Below, piece by piece: positions 18,338 to 27,477 of a stretch of 64,000 nucleotides of DNA. Numbering within the stretch: position 1 is the stretch's first letter; the number at the start of each line of letters is the position of its first letter. The notes beneath the pieces were generated by a model that made no database searches, was not told where the DNA came from, and was given only the letters and a program-made list of their open reading frames with translations. Made by a program: the position numbers and the translations under genes. This DNA is from Candidatus Marinacidobacterales bacterium (GTDB taxonomy: Bacteria > Acidobacteriota > Vicinamibacteria > Marinacidobacterales > SMYC01), in the NCBI GenBank assembly GCA_965197495.1, contig OZ240210.1, positions 2,876,671 through 2,940,670 on the forward strand, read 5' to 3'.

Positions 18338-18400
18338 GCCCGTCGTGTCCAAAAACACAAACGAACTCAAGACCCACGCGCCGGGACGTTTCGGATTAGA
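18338..18400 (+). repeat. Short repeat A copy (cgtcgtgtccaaaaacacaaacgaactcaagacc...cgtttcggat)
   Basis: It is one of at least eight copies; the others are at 5662-5720, 15434-15466 (rc), 24323-24381, 33318-33375, 34010-34140 (rc, long form), 36803-36930 (long form) and 36962-37005. Confidence 0.7.
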
Positions 18401-18502
18401 GGTGTCTAGGCTTGGTTGTGCCTTCTATTTATTCATCCGCCAGCCCCATGGGTCGGAAGTCAGCCCTGCGGCGCGAAATACCCTGGATTCTGCGCGGATT
18501 CA

Positions 18503-18788
18503 TTTGAAATAGACCATAAATCAGCAGCTTAGCGACTGGGCCAAGGGCCCTTAGGCTCTACAGTTACCCAAAAACCCGCGGTCGACGTTCGAGAGCTGCG
18601 GCCGTTTCACCGAACGGCGGAGGACAGCGAGCTGCTGCCGAAGAGCGACATTGTCGAGAGCCAGCTCGCGACGAGCCTTGAAGGCGGAGATGAGAGCGCG
18701 AACAAACGACGAAATCAAGCAGGCATGGTGCCGGCAGACCGGAGACTAATCAAGTTTGGGGCCCGGATGAATAAATAGAAGGTACAGG
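18503..18788 (-). mobile_element. MITE-like element, copy 3, truncated at the left end; it lies next to an inverted fragment of the MITE right end at 18395-18440
   Basis: It aligns with 6728-7007, and ccttctatttattcatccgc at 18421 is the reverse complement of the MITE right end. Confidence 0.6.
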
Positions 18789-19229
18789 GCACTCAGGGCA
18801 CTACTCCCAGCGCGCATTCAAAGGTTGGAAGGGTGACGACGAGGTGATCGTCCCATGGAAAGGTTAACTAGTTCCTGTCCAGAAACACCATAACTTGTGG
18901 TGTGCGACAGGCCTACCGAAGATGTGGGTATTATACGGTTTCGGTAGGGAACTTCGTAGGGTTGAGAGCGAATGAAAATCTTGGACGAAACGAGAGGCGA
19001 ATCGTCAGGAATCCAAGGCTATGGGAGCGGAAGAGTAATAGTTATTATCTTGATAGATGTCTCGCCATCACCAGTAGATTGCAGGTGATGATGGAACCCC
19101 ATACGTACGATTTAAAAGAAGGCAATGAGCGCCATGTGCATCGGTCGAGACCAAAGACTCGTTTCAAGAACGAAATGACGCCTTCGATCCCGCAGCGAAA
19201 TCGCCGCAGGCGTTGATAGACCCAGGAAC

Positions 19230-19396
19230 TCTTGACCATATCGGGGCGCGTCCCAGTTCACAAGCTTGCCGGCGGTGAGCGAGATCCAGACGGTCAGGCT
19301 CCCGCGGTTGCGTAGACCCGCCTCATATTCACGCCAATTCCTCACGCGATAGGCCTTCTTCACATACTTCCGCTGAGTGCGTTTGAAAATGCTCAT
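19230..19396 (-). pseudogene. IS5-family transposase N-terminal fragment (about 55 codons)
   Basis: MSIFKRTQRKYVKKAYRVRNWREYEAGLRNRGSLTVWIS parallels the N-terminus of the intact IS5-family transposase at 37923 (KKYHVRNWAEYNEGLRRRGDLTVWF); downstream of it the sequence is unrelated. Confidence 0.6.
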
Positions 19397-19526
19397 GGGG
19401 AACCTCGAATCCGCGAGTACAGGACAATTGTGGACCTAGATCGCGAGTTGTGCACCAAGGCAGGGCGTTGTCGCCTTCGCCGCCGCCGTCGTCCCATTCG
19501 ACCGCGAACCAGTCCTGATCGTCCGC

Positions 19527-19616
19527 ACTTACGGCCCTTGGCCCGGCCGCAAACACGGACACTAAGCTGCTGATTTATGGTCTATTTAAGAGGGCCGAGT
19601 TTTGGCACAGGACGGG
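19527..19616 (-). repeat. Solo IS481-like terminal IR (about 90 bp) abutting the stop codon of the CotH gene
   Basis: ggcccttggcccggccgcaaacacggacactaagctgctgatttatggtctatttaagagggccgagttttggcacaggacggg is the IR, and no transposase lies to its left. Confidence 0.7.
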
Positions 19617-19621
19617 CTCGG

Positions 19622-22015
19622 TTAATCTCGTTCCCAAGTCCCGTATTCGTTCAGAGCACTCCATTCGTCGCCCCGCCGTGAACGTCCCTTGAGATTAGGA
19701 GAGAAAGGAACCGTCGAAACGGCTTCGCTGAAACTGTGTGCCGTGGGGTTCCGTGGGTCGCTTCCATCGAGGGTGTAGTAGACCTTTTCCGCTCCCGCCG
19801 GGCGACGGATGGTGATGCTGTCAGAAGCTCGCTCGAACCCCGGCGGGTCGATGGTAGGATAGTAACCATGGTTTCGAAGTGCCCGAATGAACTTTTCGAC
19901 ATTCCCGTCCATCAAGCCTAGAACGTAGTCCCGCGCTCGCTTCCAATGCACATCCCGCGTGCGGGGACGATTCTCCCGTCCAGGGGCTGCGTCGCCCCAC
20001 CGGGCCGACTCACAAAGCATCGCCGGCTCCACATAGTCCGCTAGCCTCCGAAAATTGGTTTGGTTTACATGGTCTGCAAGGGGGCCGCCATCGTAGCAAG
20101 CACGATAGACGTGATCCGCGAACTCCAGCCGGAACTCTGGGCTGTCCGCCAAAGCCATCCATAGTTGGTGTAACGCGGACGTTCCGCCGGACACGAAACT
20201 TGGCGGAACCCAAGCCCCCGCGTGCCCGTATTTATGAGAGTAGAGCCCGTAGGTTATCTCCGCATCCCAGCAGAAATACAGTCCGGCACCAGGAGGGTGA
20301 ATCCGAATCCCTCCGTACCAATTTTGCTTTCCCCAATCTCCCATGCCGGAAAACCAATTCAGCAGGATGTAGTCGCTGAACTGGGCCGTATTCAATAGGG
20401 TTTTCATCTCCTGGTACTTTGCGGGCTCCGAGAGATCATTGTCACGCGCATAACGGTAGACGGTGATATACCAGCGCGGGTGGTTCGGCTTGCCGACTAC
20501 GCCAGAATGGTTGATAGCAAACCAGTCAGCCGAGTCACCACCATAGTACGAAGCGAGAAAACGCCGGTCCGGACGCTCCACCGCGTTGTATACGCCCCAG
20601 TAAATCCCGTTCAGGTAGAGATGCACAAAAATGCCGCGCGCGGCGTTATCGCTCAAAGAAAGCTGCGAGTCCCGAACGTGTTGGTCGCGGACATAGACCG
20701 CCAACTCGCTGATATCGCCTCTTCTCGACCAGTTTTCTTGCCCACCTGCCCGCAGAACGATGGTGTTGAACTCCTTCACTGCAGATTCGGCATGGTGCAC
20801 GGCGCTCTCGAAAAAGGGGTATCTCAACATTCCCGGACCGAAGTCTTTGCTGAAGACTAGGCGGAACGATCGCTTTTCCTCGGGAAACGTCTGACTATGC
20901 GCTCTAATTCCGCAATCGACCTGGAAGCCCTCGAAGTCCGAAAACTTGCTCGGGTAGAGGAGCTCAACCGAGGCGGGACGGGTTGGTGGACCCTTATCAA
21001 TGTAGAGCCCGTAGCTCTCATTAAAGAGGTGGTCCCCATCCATGACGATGGAGAGGGTGGGAATCGATGTCAGTCCTTCCACGAACTCCAGCTGGTTGCT
21101 CGTATTCACAACATCGGGATCGATCTCGATGTCGAGATCTGCGTACGGAGCCATATTGGAGGAGCGAAACGGGGCCGGATAATCGAATGGCAGAGCCGCC
21201 TGCTCCTTCACCGTGGTCGGAAATATATAGGTATGGGTGTCGACGTTCGTGCTCCTCGCACCAGCTTTGTACGCTATGGCCCGAAGGACGGTCGTTTTAG
21301 CCACAAGAACCTTGTTGCCGACGATTCCATGACTCACGCTCGGCTTACTGCCGTCGGTGGTATAGACGATCGTTGCGCCGGGAGTGGCGGTGGTGAGGAT
21401 CACTTCGAAAGGGGTCTCATAGAAGCCGCGGTCGTGGCTGAACTTCGTATCGCCTACTGAGTGCGTCCGGCCGGTTCGGCGATGCCAATCATTGAAGAAC
21501 TCGACCGATTGCCCAACCGGTTGTGCAGGGGCGCTCGCAAGAAGAACCGGCTCTCCCCAAACCGGAACCAGTGACTGCCGATGCACCGCGCCCGAGGCGT
21601 CCAGCACAGGCCGTGCCGTGAAGCTCAGCGAGACCGTTCTCCCCTCCCACGGAGTGAGATCAATCATGCGGTCGTTCCAACGATTCCCCTCCTGTGCAGC
21701 AAGGGTCTCGCGAAACGCGCGGCTCCGCTTGTCATCGACGTCGATCTCGATCAGGAACTCTGTCTCGGGCAGACCGGCACTGGGTGTGCCTAATACGGCC
21801 ATCGAGAATTGGAGCACGGCGTTCTGCGGTACCTTTAGCGGGGACACCCACGTCGAGCCGTCCAACGCTGTTCGGGACTTTCCTTCCAACTCCACTTCCC
21901 TGGAAGGCTGAGAAGGATCGAGAAGGGAAACAGGGCGCGTTCTCGGTAAGTCGCTGCAAGCCGCTGCGGATGCTAGGAGCATCAGGACGACCAGCGTGTC
22001 GGTTCGTCTCCCCAT
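19622..22015 (-). CDS. CotH-family protein (CotH kinase-like fold) with a lipoprotein-type signal peptide and a chitobiase/hexosaminidase-C-like beta domain
   Basis: The likely start is MGRRTDTLVVLMLLASAAACSDL; the ORF-track start at 22417 adds 134 low-quality codons. It contains the CotH motifs VHLYLNGIYWGVYNAVE, FSDYILLNWFSGMGDWGKQNWYGGIRIHPPGAGLYFCWDAE and ATIVYTTDGSKPS. Confidence 0.65.
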   Translation of the reverse strand: MGRRTDTLVVLMLLASAAACSDLPRTRPVSLLDPSQPSREVELEGKSRTALDGSTWVSPLKVPQNAVLQFSMAVLGTPSAGLPETEFLIEIDVDDKRSRAFRETLAAQEGNRWNDRMIDLTPWEGRTVSLSFTARPVLDASGAVHRQSLVPVWGEPVLLASAPAQPVGQSVEFFNDWHRRTGRTHSVGDTKFSHDRGFYETPFEVILTTATPGATIVYTTDGSKPSVSHGIVGNKVLVAKTTVLRAIAYKAGARSTNVDTHTYIFPTTVKEQAALPFDYPAPFRSSNMAPYADLDIEIDPDVVNTSNQLEFVEGLTSIPTLSIVMDGDHLFNESYGLYIDKGPPTRPASVELLYPSKFSDFEGFQVDCGIRAHSQTFPEEKRSFRLVFSKDFGPGMLRYPFFESAVHHAESAVKEFNTIVLRAGGQENWSRRGDISELAVYVRDQHVRDSQLSLSDNAARGIFVHLYLNGIYWGVYNAVERPDRRFLASYYGGDSADWFAINHSGVVGKPNHPRWYITVYRYARDNDLSEPAKYQEMKTLLNTAQFSDYILLNWFSGMGDWGKQNWYGGIRIHPPGAGLYFCWDAEITYGLYSHKYGHAGAWVPPSFVSGGTSALHQLWMALADSPEFRLEFADHVYRACYDGGPLADHVNQTNFRRLADYVEPAMLCESARWGDAAPGRENRPRTRDVHWKRARDYVLGLMDGNVEKFIRALRNHGYYPTIDPPGFERASDSITIRRPAGAEKVYYTLDGSDPRNPTAHSFSEAVSTVPFSPNLKGRSRRGDEWSALNEYGTWERD

Positions 22016-22602
22016 CAAGTGTTGCGAGCTTATCAAACGCGCGTTTCTAAATGCTAGGCCAAGGGCGTGGCAAAGAGCAAAAAAGAGCGGGCTATTTTGC
22101 GAGTTTTGCAAGTCACTCCAAGAGGCCGGCCCTCGGAGGGGTTCCGTCGCATGCGCGGGGGAGATAGACCGGGTGGCGCCGACAGGCGCAAAGAAGCCAT
22201 AGGGGGCGTAACGTCCGACCGTTGTCGACGCCGGACGCGGCCCTGCTTGCTGGCCTCCCAGCTGGCCGGCGTGGACAGCGAGACCGCTGCTGTCGATCAA
22301 GATGTGCAACGGCGTCTTCTGCTTGTCCTGCGCGTACGGGGACCCCGAATCGCCGGCCACAACGTCACCCTCCCAGGGTATTGGTGTCACCTCGTTCGAA
22401 TGGGCGAGGATCTCCACGACCGCCTAGGGGCAGCCCTGGTGTTCAGAACAATAGGCCGGATATTCGAAAACAATCGCAAGAGCGAGCCTCTCCAACATTC
22501 ATAAGACGCCGGTGGCATCGTCAGGTCGACCGGTACGGAAAATCCGACGTGGCAGGTCTAAACCGCGCAATCAACGCTGGATCGACTTTTTGCGGAGCAC
22601 AG

Positions 22603-23582
22603 TTTACTGGGGCGTATATAACGCGGTGGAGCGTCCGGATCGGCGTTTTCTCGCTTCGTACTATGGTGGTGACTCGGCTGACTGGTTTGCTATCAACCAT
22701 TCCGGCGTAGTCGGCAAGTCGAACCACCCGCGCTGGTCTGTCACCATGTACCGTTATGCGCGTAAGCATGACCTCTCGGAGCCCGTAAAGTACCGGGAGA
22801 TGAAAACCCTATTGAATACAGCCCAGTTCAGCGACTACATCCTGCTGAATTGGTTTTCCGGCATGGGGGATTGGGGGCGAAAGAATTGGTACGGAGGGAT
22901 TCGGATTCACCCTCCCGGTGCCGGACTGTATTTCTGCTGGGATTCGGAGATGACCTACGGACTCCTCTATAATAAAGGGCACGCGGGGGCTTGGGTTCCG
23001 CCCGAGTTCGTGTCGGGCGGAACGTCCGTGCTACACCAACTATGGATGGCCTTGGCGGATAGCCCAGAGTTCCGGCTGGAGTTCGCGGATCGCGTCTACC
23101 GCGCCTGCTACAATGGCGGTCCCCTCGCGGACCATGTAAACCAAACCAATTTTCGAAAGCTAGCGGACTACGTGGAAGCGGCGATGTTTTGTGAGTCTGC
23201 CCGCTGGGGCGACGCGGGCCACGGAAGGGAGAATCGTCCCAGCACGCGGGATGTGCATTGGAAGCGGGCGCGGGACTATGTTCTAGATTTGATGGACGGA
23301 AACGTCGAAAGGTTCATTCGAGCACTTCGGGACCATGATTACTATCCCACGCTCGACCCGCCGGTGTTCGAACGAGCTTCTAACAGCATCACTATCCGAC
23401 GCCCGGTGGGAGCGGAAAGGGTCTACTACACCCTTGATGGAAGTGACCCACGAAACTCCACGGCACACAGTTTCAGCGAAGCCGTTTCGACGGTTCCTTT
23501 CTCTCCCAATCTCAAGGGACGTTCAAGGCGTGGCGACGAGTGGAGTGCATTGAACGAATACGAGACTTGGGAACGAGATTAA
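22603..23582 (+). pseudogene. Inverted partial paralog (C-terminal about 326 codons) of the CotH gene; no start codon and the 5' region is unrelated
   Basis: It is about 90% aa-identical to the C-terminal third of 19622-22015 (YWGVYNAVERPDRRFLASYYGG ... NEYETWERD*), and its stop is likewise followed by CCGAGCC plus an IS481-like IR. Confidence 0.7.
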
Positions 23583-23590
23583 CCGAGCCG

Positions 23591-23765
23591 GTCCTGTGCC
23601 AAAACTCGGCCCTTTTGAAATAGACCACAAATCAGCAGCTTAGTGTCTGTGTTTGCGACCGAGCCAAGGGGCGTGGGCCTTACAATCGTCTGGCCAAAGG
23701 GTGTTATCTTCAGATCTATGATGACGTACCACGTGCCATTCCTACTGCTCGTTCTGGCTGGTGAC
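23591..23765 (+). repeat. IS481-like left end (IR plus the first about 25 codons of the transposase), with no body beyond about 23765
   Basis: gtcctgtgccaaaactcggcccttttgaaatagaccacaaatcagcagcttag...ATGATGACGTACCACGTGCCATTCCTACTGCTCGTTCTGGCTGG is followed by unrelated sequence. Confidence 0.65.
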
Positions 23766-24609
23766 CTGACCTGTGCTCCGCAAAAAGTCGATCCGGCGTT
23801 GATTGCGCGTTTTAGACCTGCCATGCTCGGCTGCTTTGTGCCGGTCGACCCGACGACGCCACCTGCGTCTTAGGAACGAGGAGAGGCTCGCTCTTGCAAC
23901 TGTTTTCCAATATCCGGTCTATTGTTCTGGATGTCAATGGCAACCGAAAATTGCACACTTTTGTGGAGGGCTTCCACGCGAAGGTGACGCTCTTGCGGTG
24001 GTTGCGCTTGTCGGTGTTGGGTTGGGCGGAGGGAGCGTAGCGATCGGAGTCCAACCCAACACGCGTCGCAGATTCGCAGGACATGGCTGTCAGGACATGG
24101 CTGTCAGGGCGCGGGTCTCTCGCGACCTTGATCGGACGCGGACCGTATCAGGTTCTGGTGCTCCCGCATCCGGTTGTGCCTTCCATTTATTCATCCGCGC
24201 GCACGGAACTTGATTAGTCTCAGGCTGTGGCCGGGGAAGAACCGCAGGCTATTGTTCTGGCGCCAGGGCTGACCCTAGGCGGTGGTGGAGATCCTCGCCT
24301 ATTCGAACGAGGTGACACCAATGCCGTCCTGTCCAAAAACACAAACGAACTCGAGACTGGCGCGCCGGGCCGTTTCGATCGTCATCGCCCCGTAGCGAGC
24401 CCCAGATCTGGGGCGTGTCGGAGGCGATGTCGGCGATTCGGGTTCCCCGTACGCGCAGGGAAAACACCGTCCAGAAACGGGATGCCATGCTCCCGGGCGA
24501 AGACCCTGGATCTGGGCCTGGGGCAAGATGGAAATCCAGTAGGCCAGGGCCGCACCTGGACCAGAACTGCTAGGCGAGCTACGCTGCGGTATCCCCGGCC
24601 TCGATTCTG

Positions 24610-24910
24610 GGCCTCTCGGGTGGCCTCTTTTCCGCCGCCGCACAGCCCGGTCAGCGCCCGTTCTCCCCTTTAGCGCAAACGTGGCACTCGAAAATCGAGA
24701 TTAGAGACGAATACCGAAAATGAGGCTCGTTCGGCCTTTCTAGCGCGTCTCTGGTGCCACCTACCCCTGCAAAACCCCGCCAACCGCGCGGAAAATCTCA
24801 TCCGTCTCTGCAGTGCCACAATTGGGCAGACTGGGTGGCGGATGGTGCAGGTTGGCGCTATCCGGTCTCGGCAAAAGGTGGTCCAGCTTTTGGCGTAAAT
24901 CCTCAGAAAG
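24610..24910 (+). repeat. Repeat D, copy 2
   Basis: This is the alignment described under 12340-12640. Confidence 0.7.
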
Positions 24911-24955
24911 AAGATGATCGATCACGGAGGTGTCACGAGTAGCACGTGACGGGTT

Positions 24956-25579
24956 CTATTCGGGCGTGTCAGGGAATTGGACGGGGTCGCGTTCAACGGC
25001 CGCGTGATAGACCTTAATGCCAAGTTCGCGGGTGTCACGCGAGCCCACGATCAGATTCGCCGGCACGAACGTCCGGTCCACGGTGATCTGAATCTCGGCC
25101 CTGTCCCCATTGCCCAGCGCCGCTGCGGGAAGGGGAATACGGCGGCGGTGCCGACCGGAAGCCTCTGCGACTAATAACTGCAGCAGTTGGTCGCCGACGC
25201 TGACCGTGACCGCCTGCGGTGCGCTTGCGGCGTAGTCGAGGGAGAATGTTGCGTCTGCTTTCGGGTTCAAAAACGACAGCGTGGCGGTCTGATGGGTCCA
25301 TCGCCACGTCGATTCCGGAGCCGTTTCCTCCGGGTACCAGCCGCTGGTGTAGGCCAGTGCAAAGGGGAGGCGCCTTTTGTCCACGGTCGTGACCAGCCAC
25401 CCATCGTAGTCGGCGTAGGCACAACACCCCGCAATGATCGGATGTTCTTCGCCAGACGTTCGCGGCCAGCGCGTCAACTCCCAGAGTCCCCAGACGAGCG
25501 ACGCGGAAGCGGCACCGCTGCCGATCCCCATCACGAATGTTCGTCGTGAGATGCGGCGTGTCATATCAGGCACCTTCAC
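24956..25579 (-). CDS. Tat-signal small subunit of the gluconate-2-dehydrogenase subunit-3 type, partner of the adjacent GMC oxidoreductase
   Basis: It has a twin-arginine leader RRISRRTFVMGIGSGAASASL, is 207 aa long, and its start overlaps the GMC stop by 4 nt. Confidence 0.5.
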   Translation of the reverse strand: MKVPDMTRRISRRTFVMGIGSGAASASLVWGLWELTRWPRTSGEEHPIIAGCCAYADYDGWLVTTVDKRRLPFALAYTSGWYPEETAPESTWRWTHQTATLSFLNPKADATFSLDYAASAPQAVTVSVGDQLLQLLVAEASGRHRRRIPLPAAALGNGDRAEIQITVDRTFVPANLIVGSRDTRELGIKVYHAAVERDPVQFPDTPE

Positions 25580-26964
25580 CGTGACATCGCGAGAGTGTCA
25601 GCCAGTCGCAGCGACAGCGCGACAATCGTCAGCGTTGGGTTCGCGTACCCTCCGGTGGGAAACACAGATGACCCAGCCATGAACAGGTTGCGGTACCCGT
25701 GCACCCGGCAGTCTCGATCGACCACCGAAGTCGACCGACTCGTGCCCATTCTGGTCGTCCCCATGATGTGCCCGCCACCGTCCGCCAGCTGGTACAGGCG
25801 GTCGTTGTGAATGCGTACCCGGCCCTTCTTCGACTCGATCAGCGATTCTCCGAGGAGCCGCAGCATCGTCTCCGCGTTGAGGAAGTCCCCGGCGTTGAAG
25901 ATACATCGGACGCCGGGTCGGTAGAACCCTGCGGCATCGCGTTCGCCGGTCAGAAACACACGGTTACTGGCAGAGGGCAACATTTCAGATCGTACAGTGC
26001 TGGTGTAGTGATAGAAGGACTTCCCATGCTCCCTGGACAGATACTCGACCATTGGATGATCGGTGGTTTGGTCCTGACAGTCCACACTGCACCCGAATAG
26101 CCCGTGCTGCATCGTCAGGGCATCGTCCGGCACCATCGCATGGGTGGCTCCCCCAAAGGCAGCGGGCCTAGGTTGCAGGTTTAGGTCTTCGTCAAGCACG
26201 AGTTCGGCCACACGCCTGAAATGCGGATGCTCCATCAGGAACTTCCCTGCCTGGTCGCTCTCGTTGCCGACCGGGACCGCACCGTCCGAGCGAGGCTGAA
26301 GTAGCAGTTGCGCGTTGCTGATGCCGCCGCCCGCGAGGACGACCGGCTGTGCGGGATCGATGGCAAGCTGGTGCGTGGTGCCTGAAGAATGATGAAAATA
26401 CGTCAGCGTCCGAACCGCGGAGCGCGACGTATCGGCGTCGAGGCCAACCACCGAGGACGCGAGCGCAACGTGAATCGTCGGGGACTTCTCCAGTACATCG
26501 AAATACTTGAGGGCAAAGCGGGTCGGAGCAGCTCTTGAGAACGGCCGGTAGACGAATCCCGGCACCAAGGGCGTCTCGACATCGACGATGGAGGCGTCCC
26601 TGTCCAGGACTTCAGCCGCGCGCCGATAGTACGGCACCAGCTCGGGGCGAGTAATCGGCCAGCGAACGCCGACGGCCGGGTTATCGAAATCCCGCTCGCG
26701 CAGCGTGACGCACCAGCCTGTCCAAACCTTTGAGGTGCCACCGAGTGTGCGGATAGAGTGTCTATCCCACCAGCCGTCCCGGAGGTGTCCGTAGTTGATG
26801 GCGTTTGGCATGTCGGCCCGCACGTCGATTGCAGTTCCAGACTCAAAGAGCAGTACCTTCTTATTTGCCTTGGCCAGCTCCAAGGCGAGCGTGATACCCG
26901 CCGGGCCAGAGCCGATCACATAGCAGTCGTACATCTGGCGGAGCGTGCCGGAAGTCAGCCACAT
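25576..26964 (-). CDS. GMC-family FAD-dependent oxidoreductase
   Basis: It has an N-terminal Rossmann YDCYVIGSGPAGITLALELA, a GGGISNAQLLLQ segment, and the C-terminal GMC signature GTTRMG...VVD...RVHGYRNLFMAGSSVFPTGGYANPTLTIVALSLRLA. Confidence 0.8.
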   Translation of the reverse strand: MWLTSGTLRQMYDCYVIGSGPAGITLALELAKANKKVLLFESGTAIDVRADMPNAINYGHLRDGWWDRHSIRTLGGTSKVWTGWCVTLRERDFDNPAVGVRWPITRPELVPYYRRAAEVLDRDASIVDVETPLVPGFVYRPFSRAAPTRFALKYFDVLEKSPTIHVALASSVVGLDADTSRSAVRTLTYFHHSSGTTHQLAIDPAQPVVLAGGGISNAQLLLQPRSDGAVPVGNESDQAGKFLMEHPHFRRVAELVLDEDLNLQPRPAAFGGATHAMVPDDALTMQHGLFGCSVDCQDQTTDHPMVEYLSREHGKSFYHYTSTVRSEMLPSASNRVFLTGERDAAGFYRPGVRCIFNAGDFLNAETMLRLLGESLIESKKGRVRIHNDRLYQLADGGGHIMGTTRMGTSRSTSVVDRDCRVHGYRNLFMAGSSVFPTGGYANPTLTIVALSLRLADTLAMSR

Positions 26965-27477
26965 TACACCCGGTAGAATACACTACGGCGAACCTGACAC
27001 CATGAACGCTCCTGACACCCAGCGGGATGAAACGCCGTGCCGGCGTGGTGGAAAGCGTACGTACCGGAGACAGCAAATCACCACCCGTCCCGAAATAGAC
27101 ATCGGGTTAGAAGCTGGGTAACTTCACAAGAGGCGCGCACTGCGGTTGGTTTGCTCCGCTTCCTAAATATTCCGCAAAGAACCTAACCCATCCCAAATCC
27201 AGGTGGAGATTCCAGACTCGGCCCACCTGGGGCGTCTCGCCTTGGTTCTTGGGTGAACGATGTATTGGTGGCTCGCTCCTCAATTTTCGGGGCCGCACGA
27301 AGGCTCGTCGACTCACCACAGGCTTGCTGTGCGGGCAGCAATTGCTAGTGAACGTAGAAAATAGCTCTCTGTACGAAAGTTGCTAAATCGGGACAGATCC
27401 GAAAAAGGCGACCTGCTGTTTTGCCCCGCCGCTCGGATCTGCTACCCTTCAATCACTCGGTAGAACTGGTCTCGATG

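Noticed and set aside
22512-22602. N-terminal 30 codons (MASSGRPVRKIRRGRSKPRNQRWIDFLRSTV) of ORF-track entry 22512-23582
   Set aside because: They are not homologous to CotH. The duplicated segment begins near 22603, so the Met is fortuitous and the copy is a 5'-truncated pseudogene.
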